DNA from: Octopus sinensis | Lineage: Eukaryota | DNA length: 64,000 nucleotides | Assembly (NCBI RefSeq): GCF_006345805.1 | Contig: NC_043024.1 | Coordinates: forward strand, 2,356,001 to 2,420,000 | Direction: 5' to 3' | Part shown: positions 47,525 through 59,004 of the stretch, one piece after another | Layout of the letters: each line of letters begins with the position of its first letter | Position numbering within the stretch: the stretch's first letter is position 1 | Notes under the pieces: generated by a model | The model's input: the letters and a program-made list of their open reading frames with translations, nothing else | Databases searched by the model: none | Told to the model about the DNA's origin: nothing | Translations under genes and position numbers: made by a program

Positions 47525-47579
47525 CAGAAGAAAGAGTACAGTAAGGATCGCCACACCCCCCCATGCGGAGCCTCGTGAG

Positions 47580-48960
47580 CTTTAGGTGTTTTCGCTCAAT
47601 AAACACACACAACGCCCGGTCTCGGGAATCGAAACCGCATTAAATATAATGTTAGATATAGTGAGTTATACGTAAAAATAGTATCATATGAATGAGAGAA
47701 CAACGTGATCACATTTATAACTGTTAAAGAAATGGATTGAACTGATATAGATACTGAATTACAAAAATAATTAAATCGATACATTATAAATAATATATTT
47801 CTGTGAGATATAACTCACTATCTACCATTATTTACCAACTAGCATTAAAGACCCTTCGTTGCCGGGTCGCATAGTGCTAGTGCATGTATAATATGTGTAC
47901 ATATTACATGTCCATCTATCTATATACATCTACACATAAATGCAAATATAAAGTTATATCTTGATATCGCTATGATATACTCAAAATATATACAGACTGG
48001 AATTGTTAGCTCTTTTTTTCTCTACAATTGTATACTTTATAGACAATAGTCTTTTCTTTAATTTAATTTGTATTACCATCTGGACTATTCATTCTGCACG
48101 CTAATTATATTTTTATTTATTCCCATTCATGTGAACCCACTTATTCAAGTTCAAATCATTGATGCTATTTTTACTTTGGTATGTTACGATTATTTATACT
48201 TTAGTTTGATTTTAATTATTACTTACTACATATTATTGAATTGTTATTATTATTTTTATTGTTAAAGTGAAAGCATCTGACATAAAATAGAGAAATATTT
48301 TTGTTTCACTTTTAAACATGTAATACTGAAATAGTGGAGAAGATATGATATTGCTATGGGCTCGCTCTAGGCAAGAAGTTGACATTTTTTTTTTGCCCAT
48401 GAAATACATGGACCCTAAGTAAGGCATGTGTAAAATTCTAATGAATTGGCTCTGTAGTTCACAAGTTTTAGGGAAACACACAGACAGACAGACACACATT
48501 CTCAGTTTTATATATATAAGATTTACCCCTATACAACCTGTTACCCAATGGTCAAGATTTATACCAATATAGTAATTAAAAAAAAGTTTTAGTCTGTTGA
48601 GATGTTTTGGAAGAATAACGTGAACCTAACGATATGTCTTTTCATTCCTCTGATGAATTTTGCCCATTAAATATTTTAATTATTGGAATTTCTTTTGAGC
48701 AAAATCGAAACAGCTGTAAGTGTACATGTTGAATTTTTGCAGTGAATAAACTATATTAATGCAACTTCTCTGTTTCCTGGATTTTAATTTGTATATATAT
48801 CATCATCATGATCATCGTTTAACGTCCGTTTTCCATGCTAGCACGGGTTGGACGGTTCGACCGGGGTCTGGGAAGCCAGGAGGCTGCACCAGGCCCAGTC
48901 TGATCTGGCAGTGTTTCTACAGCTGGATGCTCTTCCTAACGCCAACCACTCTGCGAGTTC
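47580..48960 (+). repeat. Segmental duplicate of 61922-63300 (3' flank of ZF10)
   Basis: Collinear unique and TE sequence. Homology resumes at 52250-52860 versus 63385-64000. Confidence 0.9.
47839..48521 (-). mobile_element. Non-autonomous Helitron (duplicate at 62175-62867)
   Basis: 5' TC..ATATATAAAACTGAGAATGTGTGTCTGTCTG and 3' GACCCGGCAACG..GGGTC hairpin followed by CTAG. Confidence 0.7.
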
Positions 48961-51900
48961 AGTGAGTGGTTTTTCCATGCACAGGAGCCAGACGGAGCTG
49001 GCAAACGGCCATGAACGGATGGTGCTTTTACGTGCCACCGGCACGGAGGTCAGGCGAGGCTGGCAACGGACACGAACAAATGGTGCTTTTACGTGCCACC
49101 GGCACGGAGGCCAGATGGGGCGGCACTGGCAACGGCCACGAATGGATGGTGCTTTTTACGTGCCACCGACACGGGGGCCAGGCGAGGCTGGCAACGGCCA
49201 CGAATGGATGGTGCTTCTTAGGTGTCACCGGCATGGAGGCCAGTCGGGGCGGCCACGATCGGATGGTTTGCTTACTTGTCACCAGCACTGGTATCACAGC
49301 CGCAATTTCCATTGATGTTGATCGACTTCGATTTTTGTTCTGCCTTCTGATATCTGATTTGATTCTGATTTTCACTTGCCTCAACGGGTCTTCACAAGTG
49401 GAGTTTTGTGTCCCAAGAAGGAAAGGTATGTATAAGTCAACTGGCTACATACCAGGTAGAGGCCACGGGTTATGGTCTCACTAGTCTTGCCGGGTCTTCT
49501 CACTCACAGCATACTTCCATAGGTCTCGGTCTCTAGTCATTTCCTTGGTGAGTCCTAAAGTGTGAAGGTCATGCTTCATCACCTCGTCCCAGGTTTTCCT
49601 GGGTCTACCTCTTCCACAGGTTCCCTCACCGCTAGGGTGTGGCACTTTTGCACACAAAACTATCTTCAGCCATTCTCATCACATGACCATACCAGCACAA
49701 ACGTCTCTCTTGCACACCACAACTGATGCTTCTTAGGTCCAACTTTTCTCTCAAGGTACTTACACTCTGTCAATTATGAACATTGACATTACACATCCAT
49801 CGGAGCATACTGGCTTCATTTGTTGCGAGCTTACGCATATCCTCAGCAGTCACGGCCCATGTTTCACTACCATGTAGCATCGCTGTACATACACATGCAT
49901 CATACAGTCTGCCTTTTGTCACAAGCAGGGGTAAGAGCTCTCTAAACTTTGCCCAGGCTATTCTTACTCTAGCAGTTACACTTTCAGCGCACCCACCCCC
50001 GCTACTGACTTGGTCACCTGGGTAGCGGAAGCTATCAACTACTTCTAGTTTGTCTCCCTGAAGCGTGGTAGAAGTTGGTCTCTGCACATTTCCAGTGTTT
50101 ATTGCTCCTGAGCATCTGCCACAGACAAAAACTATTTTCCTAGTTAGCCTTCCTTTGACATTGCTGCACCTCTTATGTGTCCATAGCTTACACTTGGTGC
50201 ACCTTATAGAGTTTCTACCTACACCTTTTCTACAGATCGAGCTGGGCCATCTACCTGAAGGCGTTTTGTGACTTTCCTACTTATTAGTACTTTGGTTTTA
50301 GCTAGGTTGACTCTAAGGCCCCTCGATTCTAAACCCTCCTTCCACACACCTGGAACTTCTCCTCCAGTTCTGATAGTGACTCAGCAATTAGAGCAAGTAC
50401 ATCAGCATAGAGGAGCTCCCAGGGGCATCCTGTCTTGAATCCTCCGTTATTGCCTGGAGGACTATGATAAATAGGGGGGGACTGAGGACTGAACCTTGGT
50501 GGACCCCAACCTCTACCCAGAATTCTTCACTGTACTCGTTGCCAACCCTTACCTTACTAGCAGCGTCTCTGTACATGGCTCGCACAGCTCTCACTAGCCA
50601 TTCATCTATCCTAGTTTCCTCATTGACCACCAGATAAGGGATCGGGGGACCCTGTCGAAGGCTTTCTCCATGTCAAAAAAGCCAGGTACAGGGGCTTATC
50701 TTTGGCTAGGTATTTCTCCTGCAGCTGTCTTACCAGGAATATAGCATCAGTAGTACTTTTCCCTGACACGAACCCAAACTGCATCTGATCTAAGCTAACT
50801 CTCTCTCTAATTAGTTGGGCTATAACCCTCTCCATAACCTTCATTACTGATCCAGCAGCTTGATACCCCTGTAGTTATTTGTATCTAGGGCTCACCTTTG
50901 CCTTTGTAGCAGTTGACTATTATGCTGCTACACCAGTCATGGGTATGACTCCTTCGTGTATCACCTTGTTAACCATACGGGTGACTAAGCATATTTCCAA
51001 CACTACAGATATTTTGAGCATCTCTGCAGTAATTCCTGATGGGCCTGGGGCTTTCCCTGTTTTCATGCTAGTAATTGCCTAACTACTAAGGAACTGTCAA
51101 CTCGGATTGCTGGTCCCTCTGTTGGGTCGACATTCGGCAGACACTCTTATCCCATTCATTTTTCTCATTCAGCAACCTTTCATATGGCGTCTCGTCTCCA
51201 AACCTCTCTCTTTGCATCCTCATTTAGCCCAAGTGAGCCGTCATCCTTGCGAACACATTTCTCTCCTACCACGTCACAATTCTCTCTCACACACTGTCTA
51301 GCAATAATACCTCAGTCTTTTTCATCCTCACGGCGGCAGAACATTGGCAATTTTTTCTTATCTGCTTCCCCTTGGCTATATACACCTGCCTCTTAGCGTT
51401 CCCTTCTGGCAGTCTGATACACTTCCCTGCTACCACCGTTCTTCCAGGCCTTCCAGCCTGTTTCTTTGTCTAATAGCCCTGTCAACAATATTGTTCCACC
51501 ACCACGTTATTTTGGGTCTTGAGGGGACTTTGCAACCAGCCACAGATCTGGTCAGTGGCTTTCAGCAGGTTGTCCCTCAGAAGCGTCCAGTTGTCTTCTA
51601 CCACATGTGTAGCTATGCCCCCTTCTATTTCGTCAAAGGCTTCAAGTAACATGTCTCTAAATCTCTGTCCATTCGCAGGGTCTTTAAACTTCCAGACCCT
51701 TCTCCATGTTGGTCGTCTTCTTGTCGTCCTCTTAGTCTGATCCTAAGTCACTGACTACCATTCTATGTTGTGGGTTCATTTTCGCCTGGGAAGGTTTTGG
51801 CATTTATAAGCAGCCATCTTTCCCATTTTCTGGCAAGGATGTAGTCGATTTGGCTAGTATGCCAGCCCGATCGGTAGGTGACCAGGTGGCTTGTCGGTTT

Positions 51901-52245
51901 CCTGAAGTTAGCGTTGCAAACCATAAGACTATTTGCATCGCAGAACTCCAGCAGCCTGATTCCCTCCTCGTTGCGGGAACCATAACCGTAGCCTCCATGT
52001 ACGCCATGGAAGCCCCCAGCATGTCGTCCAACATGCCCATTGAAGTCACCAGCCACAAGGAGAAGGTCCCTGTCATTCGTCAATGAGGTAGTCTGACGTA
52101 GGGTGTCATAGAAACTGTCTTTCTGTCCATCAGGTAGCCCTGGCTGAGGGGCATAGGCCGATATAATAGTTGTTAACCTATGATGGAGCACTAATCTAAT
52201 CTTAAGTATTCTGTCACATACTCTGACTACCTCGATTACCTTATC
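48801..52245 (-). mobile_element. 5'-truncated, frameshifted RTE-clade LINE
   Basis: AP-endonuclease motifs (SAYAPQ, GDFNGHVG, SQIDYIL) at 51763-52191. RT motifs (QFGF..STTDAI, GVHQGSVLSP) at 50388-50844. C-terminal block 49770-50087. Repeat-rich 3' UTR and (TGA)n tail at 48801. Confidence 0.92.
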
Positions 52246-52344
52246 TATATATAGTTAATCCAAACAAGAAAGCTCAAAAAAAACGCAACAATGCGAAGAC
52301 GTGGAACAAATATAGAATTATTGGACGCTCAGGAAAGAAGGAGG

Positions 52345-52379
52345 GTTTAACGTTTCGAGCGGAGCTCTTCGTCAGAAAC
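52345..52379 (-). ncRNA. Minimal (Penelope-type) type I hammerhead motif
   Basis: Minus strand reads GUUU CUGACGA A GAGC-UCC-GCUC GAA ACGU U AAAC: 4-bp stem I, palindromic ACGU stem III, GUU site. Confidence 0.65.
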
Positions 52380-52399
52380 ATAGAAGGAAAGATCTGCTG

Positions 52400-53040
52400 T
52401 ATATGAAATACCAGAAGTTATTGTGTTAAAAAGAGCAAGGACTAATGTTTACTTTGAAACTGCGGATGAATGTTCCTCGTGCCATTCAATGACAACTTTA
52501 GCTGTGTGAATTGGTGCATTATCATCCTGAAAGCTTGCGTTTCCCTCCAAAAACAGTTCCGCAACCATAGGGTGAATTTGATCAGATAAAATGCTTAAAT
52601 AGTCTTGACTATTAATTCTGCCATGAAGGAAAATCATTGGGCTGGCAGATTTCCAAGATATAGCTCCCCAGATCATTACAGATCCTCCTCCATGTTTAAC
52701 AGTTGGAAGAAGGCAGTCTGGGTCAAATGCTTCTTTTGGCTCTCTTCACACGTATATTCGGCCGGTGGTCGGAAATAAGGTAAAGGATGACTCGTCCTAG
52801 AAAATGACATTCTTCCACTGCTCTAGGGACCATTTCTATAGGTTTTTACTCCACTCTAAACCCTTTGCAACGTTTGTTTTTGAAAGTAATGGTTTTCTGA
52901 TTGCAGCCCTCCCTTGAAATCTGGCTTTGTGCAGCTCCCAGCGAAAAGTTTTTCTGGAAACTGGGTTCTTCAGGCGATGATGAAGCCCTGCAGTAATTTT
53001 GGGGACTGTACTTTTGTGATCCTTTCTAACAATTTGTTGA
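52400..53040 (-). mobile_element. Degenerate Tc1-family transposase fragment
   Basis: WKNVIF*DES, KHGGGSVMIWG and FQDDNAPIH motifs. Confidence 0.88.
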
Positions 53041-54564
53041 ATTAATTGTCATTTAAACCCGAAGCTATGTAAAAATATTGAGGACTTTTGTTGAAAGAAG
53101 AGTTACTTCCCCTCGTCCATTAACCGTTCAGTCTTTCAAATTCCGTTTATTTCCTGCTATAGTTTCATACAAATCTTTATTCCTTGATCAATTCCACTTT
53201 ATAACTGATGATTATTGGGAGACCGGAATTAGATACGAATGATTTCATATCTAACGCTCAACTCAGAAAAATAGAAGGACTAAAAAAATATTACCTAAAC
53301 AAAGTTATATAATTTCTTTCACTGTTTCGTTTTCCTTTTCACTGCCCATTCCAGTTTTTTTATTCCCCACGTTTTGCTATTAACCATTTCTTAATATCCT
53401 CACCATTTCCATCTATACCTATACAGACATTTTTATACATCGTGGATCCTCGTCGTTCGCCGTTGAGGATTCAGGTGTAAGACCAACTGAATCCCCTGCT
53501 CCGGAATTCCCGTGAGTCGCCGAGGATTCCGCTGGGATCATACAAGAACCTCTGCGACCCGAAGCTGACCTCTTTGGAATTCCTGGGTTCAGCACTTTCC
53601 CCTCTGTCCGATTTCATTCAGGTCAACTGGACACTGCAGAAAGTGTTATTTGCCCAAAGTGTCTCGCAGTAGGACAGAACGAGGGACCTCGTGGTTGTTA
53701 AGGAATCTTCTTGACCATTCGGCCGTACTCGGCCTACACACACACACACACGAAGCACCTGCTGAAGATGACGTGCAACTTCCAAAGAAAGTTTTAACAC
53801 TGGAAAACTTCAAGGTGCGTACGTCAAAGTTTATTTCTATAGCATATCTGTGCCTGTCTATCTATCGGTACTACTTGAGAAGAGTGGTCCTGGTGCGCGC
53901 ACTCGCGTACTCGTGCATCCGCGCTAGCTAGTCATGACTAGTCGATCCTTACTTTGTGTTTTTGTGTGTTATTTACTTAGTTTTAAAATTATTTACTTTG
54001 TATTTTTGTGTTTTATATAGTGGTTAGGGCAGCGGACTCGCGGTCATAGTATCGCGGTTTCGATTCCCAGACCGGGCGTTGTGAGTGTTTATTGAGCGAA
54101 AACACCTAAAAGCTCCACGAGGCTCCGGCAGGGGATGGTGGTGATCCCTGCTGTACTCTTTCACCACAACTTTCTCTCACTCTTACTTCCTGTTTCTGTT
54201 GTACCTGTATTTCAAAGGGCCGGCCTTGTCACTCTCTGTGTCACGCTAAATATCCCCGAGAACTACGTTAAGGGTACACGTGTCTGCGGAGTACTCAGCC
54301 ACTTACACGTTAATTTCACGAGCAGGCTGTTCCGTTGATTCGGATCAACCGGAACCTTCGTCGTCGTAACCGACGGAGTGCTTCCACTATCTGTCTGAAA
54401 AGGAAGTTGTTCCGCTTGAACGCACACAGAAACCTTCCAGCCTGGCCTTAGAAGATACAAAGAAGTAAAGACAACCCTTACTGCTATAAACATGGCCACC
54501 ACCACCAACATTCATGTTGGAAGCTTTAAAGCTGAAGAAAAGAATCGTCCTTTTCGAAGGAAGA

Positions 54565-54578
54565 ACTGCTTCTATCTA

Positions 54579-54637
<59 letters not shown>

Positions 54638-54820
54638 ATCTATCATCTATCTATCTATCTATCTATCTATCTAACTATCTATCTATCTTTCTATCTATCT
54701 ATCTATCTATCTATCTATTTGTGTCTATCTATCTATCTGTCTATCTATTTATCTAATTGCCTACCTACATACCTATCTATCTACCGACCTATCTATCTAC
54801 CTGTTTATCTAGCTATCTCT
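54565..54820. repeat. (TCTG)n(TC)n(TCTA)n microsatellite
   Basis: Read directly from sequence; another (TA)n at 57115-57194. Confidence 0.95.
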
Positions 54821-55418
54821 CTTTACCCTGTTACTTGTTTCAGTCATGTGACTGTGGCCATGCTGGAGCACCGCCTTTAGTCGATCAAATCGACCCCAGG
54901 ACTTATTCTTTAAACTTCGTATATTGGTAGAATGTGTTTATAAAACATCTTTTTCTCTTGGATTTCTTGAGAAAATTCTGTAGCTTGTAAGCTATTGGTT
55001 GTTTAATTTCTTGCATTTCAGCAATTTCAACCAATCAATGACGTCTATTGAGGTGAATAATTGTAGCTTACAAACTACAGAATTTTCTCAAGAAAGCCAA
55101 GAGAAAAATATGATTTATGTAACAAATTCTACCAGTATACGAAGTTTAAAAGTGTTTAGTTACCTAGAAATTATGTTAAAAACTGCTGCTCAAACCGAAA
55201 AGATAGGAGGGAACAGACAAGGACAGACAAAGGGATTAAGTTGATTACATCGACCCCAGTGCATAACTGGTACTTAAGTTTAAAAGTGTTTAGTTACAAA
55301 GAAATTATTTTAAAAATCTGCCAGTCAAAACGAAAAGATCCAGGGAATCGAACTCACTAACTCGCGATTGATAGCCCGATGCGCTAAACCACCGAGCCAT
55401 GCGCCTTCCGCTTAGACA

Positions 55419-55594
55419 GTAACCATGGTGATAGTCAACAACAATATTACGTTCCCCCTTCCTTCTTAGTTTCGCTTTTGTGTCAGCAGCACTCTTTGTG
55501 GTTTCATATATTAAAGAGTCTAAGTCACATGACGCACCTTACTTCCGGCTTGTCACGTTTCCTCAATTCTTTGGAGACGAAATCGAAAGTAAAT
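55419..55594 (+). promoter_or_regulatory. Putative promoter and non-coding first exon of ZF10
   Basis: GTAACCATGGTGAT 55419, GTCACATGAC 55524, ACTTCCGG 55541, donor AAA|GTAAAT 55589. Confidence 0.5.
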
Positions 55595-56002
55595 AAATTT
55601 TATTTATTTATTAAGCATCAGGGGTAAGTTATTATATATATATGTATATATATTGGAGAGGAATACGATCTGATTGAAGACGTTGTATAGCAAATACTGC
55701 GATTTATAGAAATGCGTAGTTTGTTGTGTATTGATGTAGGCTGGGCAGGAATGGAGTGGCGGTCAATCGGAATAGCGGATAACGTTATCAGCCGGTTATT
55801 GTTATCAAAATTAATTGGTTCAGACTTTATATTTGTTTAACGTCATATGTTAGGTGTTGGCCAATGCTGTATGGAAATGATCACAATAAGCGGCTTCCAC
55901 TATATATATGATTCTTGTGAAATTCCTTTGTAATCGCCAACTTTTTTGTGTGTGTATGTGCATATATATGTATATACATATATATGTCTATATATGTATA
56001 TA

Positions 56003-56448
56003 CTAGCAGTATCGCCCGGCGTTGCTTGGGTATGTTTCGACCCGCTGGAATTGTAATTTTGAAAAGTAAAAATTTTGTGAACATTTTTCTGGTCGAAATA
56101 CACCGAAAAGTGGCGACACAGCAGTGAAAAAATCGTAAAAAATAGGGATTTTCATAGAAAAAAGCATCTTTTTGATGTAAATAATTTATGGTGTTAACAT
56201 GGTCCGATTTGAATTTTATGTTCTAATGTAAACCACATTAAGAAAAGCATTTGACATACACACCAGAATGTGAGTTTTCTGTAAATTTTGCTTAATTGGA
56301 GTTTAAATTTTAAAAACTGGACCTGGCATGACCCGATGCATTCTACTCTTAAAAATGCTAGGTAAATTGTAATTGAAGAAATCCTATATTGTAGATTTCT
56401 ATAAGTTACAAAGGGAGGCAGATAAAATCTGCCTTTTATAATAAGAGA
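56003..56448 (-). mobile_element. Non-autonomous Helitron
   Basis: Minus strand begins A^TC and ends with a hairpin (CCCAAGCAACGCCGGG) followed by CTAG^T. Confidence 0.75.
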
Positions 56449-57119
56449 TGTGTGCGGGCATGAGAATGCACATATATATATAGACGTTTTTACTTAGTAT
56501 TTTTCCATTATTTTGTGGGGGTGGGGGACATATATATATTCATTTTTTGTATATGCGTGTGTATGTATGCGTATATAAATATGTGCGGGTATGTACATAT
56601 ATGGGCGTGTGTGTGTGTATGAGTGCATAGGGGCATGTCCGTATATGAACGTGGTTTTTATGCTTTGTATACTTCCTTATGTTTTTTTTTCTGTTACCTT
56701 TAAACATGGTTTTTCTTGTGTTTGTGCGTATATAGACGTATGTATGAACTTTTACGGTACGCATGTGTGTGTGTGTATGAGGTTGTATATATATGCGTAT
56801 ATATTTGGCGAAAAATGCGAGTGAAGATGTGTATGTTTCCATAGTGACGTATAAGTACGCACGTGGGTTTTGGGGCGCAGAATTATAATACAGTAATTTC
56901 CCTTTATATAACGGTATTTTTTCATAGCGTTTTTTCAGATGGCCCGATAACCGAAGAGATGGTGTTGTGGATTTCCACTTCGGCATCTGAAACTCAGAGT
57001 TTTATCTTGACTATTGAGTAAATGTAACATATTATTTTATAGATAAATTTCCTCTATTTACATAATATTGAGGTCTCTTTCTTTCTTTCTTTTGTTATCT
57101 TACCGTTTTACCAATATAT

Positions 57120-57169
<50 letters not shown>

Positions 57170-58532
57170 ATATATATATATATATACATATATAAAGGTG
57201 GCGAGCTGGCAGCAACATTAACACGACGGGCGAAATGCATGTGTCTTTACGTTATGAGTTCAAATTCCACTGAGGTCGACTTTGCCTTTCATCTTTCAGG
57301 GTCGATACATTAAGTACCAGTTATGCACTGGGGTCGATGTAATCGACTTAATCCCTATGTCTGTCCTTCTTTGTCCCCTCTTTGTATATCCCCTTGTGGG
57401 CAATAAATATATATATATATATCATCATCATCATCATCATCAACCGTTTCCAAGTAAACATTAGTCCTTGCTTTTTTTAACACTATAACTTCTGGTATTT
57501 CATATATAACAGATGTAAGTGGAGGCGCAATGGCCCAGTGGTTAGGGCAGCGGACTCGCGGGTTCGATTCCCGGATAGGGCGTTGTGAGTGTTTATTGAG
57601 CAAAAACACCTGAAGCTCCACGATGCTCCAGCAGAGGGTGGTGGCAACCCCTGTTGTACTCTTTCGCCCCAACTTTCTCTCACTCTTTCTTCCTGTTTCT
57701 TGTCCCCCGACTTCCTACGCAACCGCCGAGCCTGGATGCGCATTCATCCATCCGTCGATGCTTTCGGTGTCGGGGGATGACCTGCTTTCTCCTCTGCAGG
57801 TCTTACGAATAGCAAAGGACCACGTTTCCGACTTCTTCCATCTTGCGAGCTCTGGGACGAAGACCGCTTCGCTCAACAAACAAACAGCAGATGTAAATTA
57901 TACATTCTTCGTTGGTTCAAAACTTTTTGGGAATTTTTAGAAAACTCTTGCAAATTTGTAATTCATAGGATTGTGCAAAAACCAAAACAAAATTTTTTAA
58001 ATTGCTGTGTGATTTAAGAGCTATTTAGCTATTAGTTTTAGCACATCCCATGACTACCTTATAATCTCCTTGTTTGTTTGTCAGACTGACGTGTTAACGT
58101 TTATTTGGCCAGCTAAAGGTTTATATCTCCAGTTTATCAGTATAAAAACGTAATAAAATTTTCATTATTTAATCTTTACTTTTCAAGTATATTCTATATC
58201 TTATATTATTTCTTTTTTATTTCAGAGTTTCAGAGAGGATATTTAGTATAAAAGAAGATTTTACATCGAACACATTATGAATATATATGATATGTTCTTT
58301 AAGTTGAAACTAAGATGCTACACAGAAGGAATATAACCCTGTTTATATAAATCGATTATAGAATTGTAAAAGATTTTCTTTGGGTGTGTGATTATTAGCA
58401 GCATTTCTGTACTTCACTGCCTGGAATGGGTGCAAGAAAACCAATCCTGTATTCTAATTAAACCTGGATTGCAAAGGAATTGGCAGCCCCCTCAGACATT
58501 GACAATGATTACAGTTGATGGAAATATATATT

Positions 58533-58912
58533 TCTTTATTGCCCACTAGGGGGCTAAACATAGAGGGGACAAACAAGGACAGACAAAGGGATTAAGTTGA
58601 TTATATCTACCCCACAGTGAAACAGGTACTTTATTTATTGACCCCGAAAGGATGAAAGACAAAGTTGACCTCGGCGGAATTTGAACTCAGAACGTAACGA
58701 CAGACGAAATACCTATTTCTATTTCTTTACTACCCACAAGGGACTAAACATAGAGGGGACAAATAAGGACAGACAAAGGGATTAAGTCGATTATATCTAC
58801 CCTAGTGTGAAACTGGTACTTTATTTATTGACCCAGAGAGGATGAAAGGCAAAGTCGACCTCGGTGGAATTTGAACTCAGAACAAAAAGACAGACGAAAT
58901 ACCGCTAAGCAT
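58533..58912 (-). mobile_element. SINE family A, 2 units upstream of the ZF10 ATG
   Basis: Same units. Other copies at ~6838-7022, 18362-18500, 42880-43040 and 57195-57405. Confidence 0.75.
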
Positions 58913-59004
58913 TTCAAGCAACAGAAATAACTGGGGAATAGAATATAAAAAAAGAAGAAAAAAAAAGAAAAACATTTTGACTTTGTGGTGAGAGGAGAAA
59001 AATA

